Shown here: positions 1-9,000 of the stretch, in pieces | Position numbering within the stretch: position 1 is the stretch's first letter | Layout: each line of letters opens with the position of its first letter | Source of the DNA: an uncultured delta proteobacterium | GTDB lineage: Bacteria; Desulfobacterota; RBG-13-43-22 | Reading direction: 5' to 3' | DNA: 64,000 nt | NCBI GenBank assembly: GCA_963790475.1 | Contig: CAWBOS010000010.1 | Span: 768,001-832,000, forward strand | Notes under the pieces: generated by a model | Told to the model about the DNA's origin: nothing | What the model saw: the letters and a program-made list of their open reading frames with translations, nothing else | Database searches by the model: none | Made by a program: the position numbers and the translations under genes

Positions 1-591
1 ATAGTCTTAGAGGAATATCGACGCCAAGAAGTGAGCCCTATTTTAATAACGGTCAACATAACAACGAGGGCGACAGGACCGGTACTTGACGCGATAGGGC
101 GTGAATTAGAGATAGGTGTCCGTATAGGCACCCAAAGCCATTTTTTGGCAAAAATTATAAAGTTTCTCAGAATCTCGCCTCGTCTCTTGTTGTTTGATGA
201 AGTTCATCTTTTATCATGGGAGAGCCTTGAGCTTATCCGGACAATTCATGATGCTGCCCATGTCGGGATCGTCTTTTGTGGTCAGGAGCGGTTTTATGAG
301 CAGATGCGCGGATCGCGTCGATCCTATCTGTATGATCAATTCTCTTCAAGGATCGGTTGCCTTTGCCGCCTAACTTCAATTGAAAAAAAAGATGTTAGGA
401 TGCTCTGCGAGGCGATTTATTCAAATCTTGACAATAGATGTTTGGAATTTTTGTTTTCCAAAGCCTCTGGACCGGGAAAATTTAGAGTAATGACTAAAAT
501 TTTAAAGAGAGCGGTCTTTATCGCTGAAAAAGAAAAAGTTCCCGTGACCTTGGACCTTCTTAAAGAGGCTAATTCACTTCTTCTTCTATAG
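1..591 (+). CDS. MuB/TniB-like AAA+ transposition ATPase (5'-partial)
   Basis: Frame is open from base 1 (IVLEEYRRQEVSPIL...). Walker B LLLFDEVHLL, then LELIRTIHD-x-GIVFCGQ and QFSSRIG (arginine finger region), typical of Mu B-like AAA proteins. Walker A would lie upstream of the window. Confidence 0.8.
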   Translation: MVLEEYRRQEVSPILITVNITTRATGPVLDAIGRELEIGVRIGTQSHFLAKIIKFLRISPRLLLFDEVHLLSWESLELIRTIHDAAHVGIVFCGQERFYEQMRGSRRSYLYDQFSSRIGCLCRLTSIEKKDVRMLCEAIYSNLDNRCLEFLFSKASGPGKFRVMTKILKRAVFIAEKEKVPVTLDLLKEANSLLLL

Positions 592-600
592 GAGATTGTT

Positions 601-957
601 ATGGAAATGTCTGTTGAAGCCCGGCAGGTTTTTGATTCCCTTGATGAAAAAACGAAAAGGGTCATTCAGGGAAACTATTCTTTTAAAAAACTCCGGAATG
701 AAGCTATAGTTGACCTGGGGAAAAAAGGTGTTAATGGACGCCTTTTGGCTGAGATTACCGGCCTTAGTACTTCCAGTGTGAGCCGCATTTTGGAGACGGG
801 GGGGCAAACGAGATATAAACCCGACAGGAGAGAGGTAGAATTGTGGAAACTCAAGGAAATGATTGATGGACTCTATAAGCGATACAGGCGCTTTATCTTG
901 GCCAGAGACGAAAGGAAAGGAAAAGGGTTAGGGATGGGTAGGGGGAAGAAGAGTTAA
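601..957 (+). CDS. Small helix-turn-helix DNA-binding protein
   Basis: GVNGRLLAEITGLSTSSVSRIL is an HTH pattern; RBS AGGAG upstream. Confidence 0.7.
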   Translation: MEMSVEARQVFDSLDEKTKRVIQGNYSFKKLRNEAIVDLGKKGVNGRLLAEITGLSTSSVSRILETGGQTRYKPDRREVELWKLKEMIDGLYKRYRRFILARDERKGKGLGMGRGKKS

Positions 958-1001
958 ACGTTTTTAAACGGGTTTTAAACGGTTTTAAATAGGAGGAAGA
1001 C

Positions 1002-1283
1002 ATGAAGAGTAAAGTAAAGTCTGAAAAAATTATTCAATTTCCCTTAAATCAAAAGATTATAAAACAACAGAAGGAAATGAAAAACTTGATGTTTGTAGAT
1101 AAAGAAAAGGCATATAAATACATTCGATCTGTGTTTGGTTGGGGTGCCTTATTGATAGCAATGGGCAATCACTGGAAATCTCCCGAGATAACTGACTGGG
1201 GAAACAAAATTCAGCTCTTGGGCAAAGAATTGGCAGCATTATTCGATTTTTCAATAGAAGATGTCGGAAAATATTTTATATAG
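1002..1283 (+). CDS. Hypothetical phage-element protein
   Basis: Strong RBS AGGAGG, co-oriented; IIQFP motif is common in small phage proteins. Confidence 0.6.
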   Translation: MKSKVKSEKIIQFPLNQKIIKQQKEMKNLMFVDKEKAYKYIRSVFGWGALLIAMGNHWKSPEITDWGNKIQLLGKELAALFDFSIEDVGKYFI

Positions 1284-1293
1284 GTAATCCGAC

Positions 1294-1412
1294 TTGCCCT
1301 GGATAGGCTGATCACCGAAAAGGCGGAAACTCTCACCGCCCTGCCAGGGCAAAACAAATGAGAGGCAACTTAGAGAGGGTTGCGATAGCCGGATGCTATC
1401 CAACCCTTTTTT
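1294..1412 (+). promoter_or_regulatory. Structured cis-regulatory RNA candidate with antiterminator/terminator platform
   Basis: Stem TTGCCCTGG(1294-1302)/CCAGGGCAA(1344-1352). Inner stem GGCGG/CCGCC whose loop CTCTCA matches TGAGAG(1359-1364). Terminator AGGGTTG-C-GATAGC/GCTATC-CAACCCT plus T run. Confidence 0.6.
1376..1412 (+). terminator. Intrinsic terminator immediately before the tape-measure-like gene
   Basis: 13-bp stem with one bulge followed by TTTTTT. Confidence 0.7.
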
Positions 1413-1426
1413 ATTAGGAGAAGACA

Positions 1427-3766
1427 ATGGCCGAAGTAAAAATTGAAATCACCGCCCAAGATAACACGTCCGGGGTTTTTAAAAACATCCAGGCTTCGAG
1501 CAGCTCCGCCCTTAATACAATGGCCGCCGAAACCAGGAATTATACCGAGGGCAGTAAAAGCCTGGTCACGTCCCTGAAGGAACACTGGATCGCTGCTTCA
1601 GTCGCCGTTTACGGGGCCTGGAGGATGGTGAATGAGGCTATGGACCTGGCCAAGCTCGGGGCCAAGGCCCAGCAATCCGAAGAGTCGTTCCGCACTGTAA
1701 CCAGGGCCTATGGGGAAGATGCCAGCAGTCTTTTAGAAAAGATGAAACAGGTTTCCTCCGGGATGATCGATGACTCGGCCTTAATGCAGAGGGCAGTAAA
1801 AGGACTGCAACAGGGACTAGCCGGAGAGCAGATTACTTCCATCCTGGAAATAGCGCGGACCTCGGCTCGAACGGCTGGGAAGGACGTTGTCGAAGCCTTC
1901 GATCAGATCACCGATGCAACGGCCAATCAGATGACCCGCGGGCTGAAGGCGATGGGTATTGTGGTCGACCAGAATAAGGCTTTTGAAGACCAGGCTAAAG
2001 CATTGGGAACGGTAACAGCCGGTCTTACTGAACAGCAACAATCTCAAGCCCTGGCCAACGCCGTCATCGCTGAAGGCACCCGGCAAATGAAGGCGATGGG
2101 GGATGTTACTGAAAACGCCAGTGAGAAATTTCAAAAAATGAATGCTACGATCACAGGATTTAAAGAGAATGTGGGAAAGGAGTTATTGATCGGGATAGAG
2201 AAAGTCAAAAATATCCCGAGTCTGTTAGGGAAGGGAGCGCTTTTGGCTCTTGAGGGCCTGGGAAATCCAACCGTCGCAATGTGGGCAAATATAGAAAAAG
2301 CATCCGGCGATGCCGCAAAAAAAATAAGTGACGCAGAAAAGGCCTATATAAAGATGATGTTATCTATTCAGCAAAAGGTTGACACCTTTAATTTGCTTAA
2401 GGAGAAGATTAAGGAGGTCACTCTATCTGTTCAGGAATTCGATTATAAAATGCAGGACTTGGATCCCAATGCGAATGAAACGACCAAGAGGATAGCCGAG
2501 ATTACCTCTCAAGTCCAAAAAATGAAGGAGGAGATAAGGAAATCCGTAGGTGAAAATGTCTTGAGCCAACTGGCCCCAAAGATCGACATGGGAGCTATGG
2601 AGGGAATTCGGAATGTCTATAAACAGCAGCTTAAAGACTTCGACGACCTAATACTCTCCATGTCCAATGCCCGCAAGGAAGGGATTATTAAGGACCTAGC
2701 CGAAATCGACAAAACCGAAGCGGATGCATTTAAGAAATTCAGCAATAACCAAACGATGATTACGGCCATTGCCAAGGCCGAGGATCTGGCCCGGATCGAC
2801 AGCCTGAAAAAATGGAAAGATTCCCTGATCTCGATGCACAATGAGGCCATCGCCAAGGCGCGGGAATATTATAAGACGGTGGATGACCTTAATATGGCCC
2901 TGAGCAAGAGTGCCATCTTTATGGATCAGTGGAAGAAGGGATTTCCGACCGACCAGACATCGGTTTTCAAGAATGAACAGCAAAGTCTGCAACTGATCAT
3001 CGATCAGGCCAACAATAACCCTATCGCCGCCAACCTGCAGTCGGCCATGACGGCCATCGAGAGTTTCATGCAGAAGAATAATCAATTGCGGAATGAACTG
3101 GTTGACACTCCCGGGAAAGGGCTGCAATCGATTTTTTCAGATACCGACGCGGCCAATCTATACAATCAATATGCCGGTTTTCAGACTGCCCTGGCCGGGG
3201 TAAGGGACGCGGCCAAATCCGCGGGCGACGCCGAAATGTCCGTGGCCATGCAACTGGCTGATATGATCAAGCCGGTCGACACGGCGATGGATTTATTGAA
3301 ATCAAAATTCACCGATTATGTCGATATGATCTCGGTTCAAAGGCAGGTGACCCTGGACACTTCACCGGCCATCGATTCCATCCAGGCCATAATCACAAAA
3401 ACCACGGAGGCCCTGGGCTATATCCAGCAGCTTGGCCGCTATAATACCTCCTCTACTTCCGCCATGTCCCGTCTGGCGCCCTCGGCTCCGGCTGCCGACG
3501 TGGCGCCTCCTGATTTCCCGGTTACGGCAGTTGGTACTCCCTATGTGCGCCGCTCGGGACTGGCCTGGATCGACCAGGGCGAGCGGGTGATGACTGCCGA
3601 CCAGAATAAATCCTACAGCGGCGGATCGGGAGGAAAGACCTTGAGCTTTTCATTCGGAGATATCCATGTCCATGGAACAAACGACCCCGGCGAAATAGCT
3701 CGCAAGATCATGAAGCCATTGATTTCGGAACTTCGCGAATATAACCATTTAATCGGAGGAAATTAA
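1427..3766 (+). CDS. Phage tail tape-measure-like protein (779 aa)
   Basis: N-terminus MAEVKIEITAQDNTSGVF, long Ala/Lys/Glu-rich helical body, and C-terminal GTPYVRRSGLAWIDQGERVMTADQN plus IHVHG...EIARKI, as in tape measure proteins. Confidence 0.75.
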   Translation: MAEVKIEITAQDNTSGVFKNIQASSSSALNTMAAETRNYTEGSKSLVTSLKEHWIAASVAVYGAWRMVNEAMDLAKLGAKAQQSEESFRTVTRAYGEDASSLLEKMKQVSSGMIDDSALMQRAVKGLQQGLAGEQITSILEIARTSARTAGKDVVEAFDQITDATANQMTRGLKAMGIVVDQNKAFEDQAKALGTVTAGLTEQQQSQALANAVIAEGTRQMKAMGDVTENASEKFQKMNATITGFKENVGKELLIGIEKVKNIPSLLGKGALLALEGLGNPTVAMWANIEKASGDAAKKISDAEKAYIKMMLSIQQKVDTFNLLKEKIKEVTLSVQEFDYKMQDLDPNANETTKRIAEITSQVQKMKEEIRKSVGENVLSQLAPKIDMGAMEGIRNVYKQQLKDFDDLILSMSNARKEGIIKDLAEIDKTEADAFKKFSNNQTMITAIAKAEDLARIDSLKKWKDSLISMHNEAIAKAREYYKTVDDLNMALSKSAIFMDQWKKGFPTDQTSVFKNEQQSLQLIIDQANNNPIAANLQSAMTAIESFMQKNNQLRNELVDTPGKGLQSIFSDTDAANLYNQYAGFQTALAGVRDAAKSAGDAEMSVAMQLADMIKPVDTAMDLLKSKFTDYVDMISVQRQVTLDTSPAIDSIQAIITKTTEALGYIQQLGRYNTSSTSAMSRLAPSAPAADVAPPDFPVTAVGTPYVRRSGLAWIDQGERVMTADQNKSYSGGSGGKTLSFSFGDIHVHGTNDPGEIARKIMKPLISELREYNHLIGGN

Positions 3767-3802
3767 GACTCCGGAATTTTTGAACAGAAGAGGAGGAAAA
3801 TC

Positions 3803-5014
3803 ATGGATCGTATCACCAATAAAAGCCTTTTAAGTGACATCGAGAGGACCTTATTTTATCATGCTCATGGGCAAGGCATGGCCGGAAGAAACGAGGTTGA
3901 TAAGGCGCAGGATGCCCTTATTAAGACCTTTATTCCGGAATACGATGCTGGCGGTCTCGGCGGGTTTAGTGGAATCAGGGAGGCCTATATTCACTTAACC
4001 GGGGATGACGAGTTTAGAGGTAGGGCGGGCTTTAATCTCTCAAGGGTCTCAAGTGGCTTGAGGGCTTGTGCTGATTTTGATTCAGGCACTTTCTCCTTTG
4101 CCCTGCAAAATGCCCTTAATATGTACCTGTCCAAGGCTTATAAGTCCTTTCCTTATCACGAGGAAATATTCATCTCTGAAAAAAAGACGGCCACCGACTT
4201 CAGGACAATCCAGTCCCTTCAGTTGGGGTATCTCGGGGATCTTCCAGATATCGATCCGGAGACAGGCGATTATCAGTCTCTTGGTAATTATGGAGACACC
4301 GAGTCGCAATATAAAATTGGGCAGAAAGGTGGAATCACTTGGGTGACGAGAAAACACGTCATAAATGACTTGGTTGGATTGATAAAAGCATTGCTTGACA
4401 GGAAAGCGCGAGCGGCCAGGAGAACACATGCTAAATATGTCTGGAGCTTTTTTATCAACAACGCTATCTGTCCCGATGGAACGGCATGGTTTACCGCGCC
4501 GCACGGGAACTTAGGGTCAAGTGCCTTGGATTTTGATCCCCTGGCTGCTGCGATCACCGCCCTGGCCGATATGGTGGAACCGGGGTCAGGAGAAAAACTT
4601 GGAATGGACCTTCCCACTTTCAATTGGAATTTAGTTATCCCAGTCGCTTTGTGGAAGTTGGCTGTGTCAAAAAATCAGGCGGAGTATTATTATACCGCAG
4701 CAGATGACTTAACCACCAAAACGGAGAATCCAAATTGCCGGTTGTTTGGGGATCGCAATGAAAGAATTATTATTTGTCCCTTTTTCACAGATCTCAATGA
4801 TTGGGGGGTTATTAGAGATAAGGAGGATGTTCCGATAGTTGAAATGTCTTATCTTAACGGGCACGAGGAACCTGAACTTGTCCTTGCCCATCCTGACGAT
4901 TTACCGGGAACCGAAAGAGGTCTTCATGGTGATGATTATGGCTATAAGATTCGGCATGAATATGGTGGAACCCTGGCTGATCACCAAGGCGGATTTCGGT
5001 CCGTTGTGTCCTGA
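3803..5014 (+). CDS. Mu gpT-like major capsid protein without protease/scaffold domain
   Basis: FSFALQNALN..LSKAY, TDFRT...LG.LGDLP, VINDLVG, WFTAPHGNLGSSAL and YKIRHEYG resemble the capsid domain of Mu-like/protease-capsid fusion proteins; RBS GAGGAGG. Confidence 0.75.
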   Translation: MDRITNKSLLSDIERTLFYHAHGQGMAGRNEVDKAQDALIKTFIPEYDAGGLGGFSGIREAYIHLTGDDEFRGRAGFNLSRVSSGLRACADFDSGTFSFALQNALNMYLSKAYKSFPYHEEIFISEKKTATDFRTIQSLQLGYLGDLPDIDPETGDYQSLGNYGDTESQYKIGQKGGITWVTRKHVINDLVGLIKALLDRKARAARRTHAKYVWSFFINNAICPDGTAWFTAPHGNLGSSALDFDPLAAAITALADMVEPGSGEKLGMDLPTFNWNLVIPVALWKLAVSKNQAEYYYTAADDLTTKTENPNCRLFGDRNERIIICPFFTDLNDWGVIRDKEDVPIVEMSYLNGHEEPELVLAHPDDLPGTERGLHGDDYGYKIRHEYGGTLADHQGGFRSVVS

Positions 5015-5037
5015 AAATAATAGTTTCCCAAGGCCCC

Positions 5038-5117
5038 GCCCATAGTTTCCCTCCCGTTCTATGGGCTCCAGGAGGGAGCGGTTTCTGACCCAAAGCAGAA
5101 ATCGCTCTCTACCTGGA
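5038..5117 (+). ncRNA. Two-hairpin structured element downstream of capsid gene
   Basis: GCCCATAG/CTATGGGC (5038-5066) and a ~21-bp hairpin 5067-5117. Loop TCCCTCC is complementary to GGAGGGA (5071-5077). Confidence 0.45.
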
Positions 5118-5131
5118 ATTAAAGGAATCGA

Positions 5132-5554
5132 ATGAAAAAAAGTGAATTTTTAACCAATATTGCCCAAGGATATAATTCTAAAATTGAAACGGTGTTTTTT
5201 TGTAACGAGAAGCGTTTGCCAGATGGTGCCTGGGGTGTGGCAAACGCCCAACCCAACTTGGAATGGTATCGAATCTTGCTTAATGATAAACTTCTTTCCT
5301 GCCCAATCCGCGCCCTTGGGGTCTTGTTCCATGAGCTAGGCCATATTGTTCTGAATCATTTTTATTCGGTGGATACTGAAAGTGAGGAGAGAGCCGCAAT
5401 CGAATGGGCATTTAGGGAAATGGGAACAATCGACCAAGAGGGAAAGATAAAGAAGGAAAACTCCTTTTGCTATGTTTGTATATCTCTCTATTCAAAATTA
5501 TGCCTTAAGAAATTTCATGACCAAATACGACCCCAGAAAAGCAGAACAATATAG
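5132..5554 (+). CDS. ImmA/IrrE-like zinc metallopeptidase
   Basis: ILLND...LFHELGHIVLNH (HExxH) followed by EERAAIEWA. Confidence 0.7.
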   Translation: MKKSEFLTNIAQGYNSKIETVFFCNEKRLPDGAWGVANAQPNLEWYRILLNDKLLSCPIRALGVLFHELGHIVLNHFYSVDTESEERAAIEWAFREMGTIDQEGKIKKENSFCYVCISLYSKLCLKKFHDQIRPQKSRTI

Positions 5555-5726
5555 GGGACGGCCACATTCTCATTATCGGAACCAGGGCAAGCATAAATGC
5601 AGGTTATGTGGGAAGAAAACAGACAATCATTGGAACTGCCCGGCTTGCCTGGATAGGATGGCCAAGGGAGAGATTGAATCGCCGGTAACCGATGTCTTGG
5701 GCTATGATCTCGACGTGCCGCTATAG
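5517..5726 (+). CDS. Small zinc-ribbon protein
   Basis: CRLC-x9-CPAC; start taken at ATG 5517 (MTKYDPRK). Confidence 0.55.
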   Translation: MTKYDPRKAEQYRGRPHSHYRNQGKHKCRLCGKKTDNHWNCPACLDRMAKGEIESPVTDVLGYDLDVPL

Positions 5727-5782
5727 ATAAAGGGCCTTTTAAACCCCATTTAATGGCCCTTTTTCCCCCTCCGAATCCCAGT

Positions 5783-5831
5783 TTTTGGAAATTTCAAGTT
5801 ACATTTTGGCAAAATGAAGTTACACGTTATA
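5783..5831. repeat. Putative right end: two tandem 21-bp transposase binding sites
   Basis: TTTTGGAAATTTCAAGTTACA (5783-5803) and TTTTGGCAAAATGAAGTTACA (5804-5824), 17/21 identical, followed by CGTTATA. Confidence 0.65.
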
Positions 5832-6042
5832 AGAGGGGAATCCGGAAGATCGGCGTATTTTTGGAGATAATCTACCATATATTGTATACATTTTTTAAAT
5901 AGCTCCTTTCTATTGTATTTTTTTCTTTACAAAATGATTTTTTTCATTAAAATTAAAATGAGAATCGAATCGGATGACTGATTGGCAATAAACCGTAATA
6001 AGATAGGTGGACTCCTTTTATATTGGAAGGGAATATTCTAAA

Positions 6043-9000
6043 GTGAAACTTAAAAGATTAGAACTTAATGGATTTAAATCATTTTCAGAAAAGACAGTCG
6101 TTTCTTTCCCCAAAGGGATAAGTGGCGTTGTTGGGCCCAATGGATGCGGGAAAAGCAATATTGTGGATGCCATAAAATGGGTCATGGGAGAACAAAGCCC
6201 CAAGCAGTTACGAGGCAAAGGCATGGATGATGTGATCTTCGCCGGATCCAACGGCAAATCCTCAGTGGGCATGGCCGAAGTCTCCCTGGTTTTGGACAAT
6301 GACAACGGCTCCATCCCCCAAGAATACGCCGATTTCAGTGAGGTGGTTATAACCCGCCGATTGTTCCGGGACGGAGAAAGCGAGTACGCCATTAACAACA
6401 AGGCTTGCCGGCTTAAAGATGTTACTCATTTATTTATGGATACCGGGGTAGGGAGCAAGGCCTATTCGGTTATCGAACAAGGCCGGATCGGGGCCATTAT
6501 CGATTCGAAACCTGAAGACCGCCGACACTGGATCGAAGAAGCTGCCGGTATTTCCAGGTATAAGAGCAAAAAGAACGAAACCTTGCGTAAGTTGGAGCTG
6601 ACTCAACAGAATCTATTACGGGTTGGGGATGTTATCGCTGAAATCAAGAGACAGATGAACTCCTTGTACCGTCAGGCCAAGAAGGCTGAACGTTTTAAAG
6701 AGATCCGGAAACAATCCAAAGAAGTGGAATTAGTTCTATTAGCCAAGGAATATCAAGCGTTACTGGAAGGGAAAGGACTGAAAGAAGAAGAACTTGGCCG
6801 TCAGCAGGAACAAACCGTGGAGCTTAGAGAAGAATGTTATACGCACGAGTCCTCGTTGGAACAGCTTCAAGCGGAGCTAATGGCACTCGAAAGGCAGTTG
6901 AAAGAAAAGCAAGAGCAATTCTACCGGCAAAAGGGTGAGTTGCAGAGCCAGGAGGCCTTGATTCAACAATACCAGAAGGAATTGAAAAATCTTGGAGATG
7001 ATGCCGTTGAAATAGAAAGGGAAGTTAACGAAATCGAACAATGGTTGAATGAAAATGAAGCCAGGGAAAAGGTCCTGGCAGAAGAGGTGACTTCATTTAC
7101 CCAAACGGTGGCCCTGGAGGAAGACCAGGTTCGGGAGAAAGAACTATCACTTTCGGAATCCAAAAAAGAATTGGCCCAAAGTCAGGAACAAGGCGAACAA
7201 ACCAAAGATTTCTTAGTCACCAAGTTGACTGAGCTGACCCAGGTGAGGAATATGCGGGCCGGCTTGGTCAAACTGCGGGAAGATCGGGAGCGTCGGATTA
7301 TTCGTCAGGGTGAAGAGAAAGCGCAGTTAACAGCCCGCTTGGATTTTTTAAATACATCCCTTCTGGATATAGAGACCCGGTTGGCGGTGCAAAGGGAAGC
7401 CCTAAGAGAATTTAAAGAGAAAATAATTCAAGCTCAACAGCAGAAGATCGATATTGAAAAAATCCACAAAACCTTGGAGGGTGAATTAAGCGATTTGGAA
7501 CAGGGCTGGAAACAAGATCAGGCCCAAATCAGGAACCTGCAGGAGATCCGCGACAATTTCCAAAGTTATCAAAATGGTGTCCGAGCTTTGCTTAAGGCCG
7601 AATGGCCTGAAGAGATTAAGGAGTCCCCGACTTTCCGGCAGGTGTTGGTTGAAGGTCTGGAAACCGAACCGGGATGCGAGACGGCCGTAGAAGCAGCTTT
7701 GGGGGAAGCCCTGCAAGCCCTGATGATCCAAGACTCATCGTTCGCTGTTCAAGGAATCGACTATTTGAAAGATCAGGGTCAAGGCCGGGCCACCTTCCTT
7801 CCTATGAAACCTCCTGTATCCTCGATTAAAACAACTCCCGCGCCTTGGGAAGAAAATGGATTGGTTTCCTTATTGTCCAAAGTCTCTGCCCAACGGGAAT
7901 TTGAAGACTGGCTGAAGGTCTTATTAAGTCCTTTTGTTCTGGTTTCGGATTTAAGGGAAGGATTGGAGGTCTGGGGAAAAAACCCCGGGCAGGTCTGCGT
8001 GGTTAGCCTACAAGGAGACCTGATCGACTCCAAGGGGATTATTTCCGGCGGCAGTTCCAGAAACCCGGAGAGCGGCATCCTCTTCCAAAAGAACCTCATT
8101 CATAAACTGGAACTGAAAGTAAGGGATTGGCAGGAAAAGATCGATCAGAAAAAGGAGAGTATCCTGACCACAGAAAAAGACCTCAGTGATCGAATCCATC
8201 AATTCAAGGCCCTGGAGGACGGAAAACAAGAGAAAGAAGAGCTCATCCTGGAATTGGAGAAACGCCTGATCGGCTATCAGGAAGAAACCAAACCCATGCA
8301 GCGCCGGCTTCAATTACTCATTCTGGAAGAGGATGAATATCGGACACAGGAAGAGGATCAGGCCTTGGAAGAACAAGACCTATCCTTACAGGAAGAAACC
8401 CTGAATAAAGAAATTGAGGGGATCAGAGAAGACATTCATGACCATGAAGGAAAAAATAAAATTCTGGAAAACGACCTGGACCAAGAAAGGGAGTCTTTGA
8501 CTCTGGCCTATACCCGGGTGTCGGCCCTAAAGGAAAAGGGAGGACATATTGGACGGGAATGGGAACAATTGAAAGAATCCCTGAACGAAAAACGAAACCG
8601 ACAAAAAAGGCTTTGGGAAAAAATCCAGATCGGAAATCAGGCTCAGGCGGAATTGAGGGAAAAATCATCCTCTGGAGAGGCCTTGATTACGGGTTTACTT
8701 GCCTTGGTCAATGACTTTGAGGCTCAGATCCAGGCCGCTAATCAAAATTGGGAAAAGATGATCAAACAAAAAGAAGACTGGGAAACGGTTTTAAAAGAAA
8801 CCCGGGGTCTTCTGAATGAGGCCGAGCAGCAGGAAAACGAGCATAGAATGGAATTAGCCCAAATGGTGATGAAGATCGATCATGTAAAAGAACAGATTCT
8901 GGAACAGTCCGGACTGCCTGCGGAGGAAGTGGTTTCGACTTATTTAAAAGGCGGTGAAGATCTGGGGGCCTTAAGGGAGAGACGCAGAGAATTTAAAGAA

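Larger units (their letters stand above)
1..5831 (+). mobile_element. Right-hand portion of a compact Mu-like (DDE) transposable phage-related element; left end outside window
   Basis: MuB-like ATPase, HTH, tape-measure-like and gpT-like capsid genes are co-oriented. The block ends in two tandem 21-bp repeats (5783-5824), followed by the smc upstream region. Confidence 0.75.

Noticed and set aside
954-990. Short repeats as a CRISPR array
   Set aside because: Units are ~10 bp with no spacers.
1308-1321. CTGATCA...GAAA resembling a hammerhead ribozyme core
   Set aside because: The core needs CUGANGA and a stem II before GAAA; here it is CUGAUCA with only two intervening bases.
1-5831. Complete prophage or Tn7/CAST element
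   Set aside because: No terminase, portal or tail genes, and no TniQ/TnsD, cas genes or array in the visible part.
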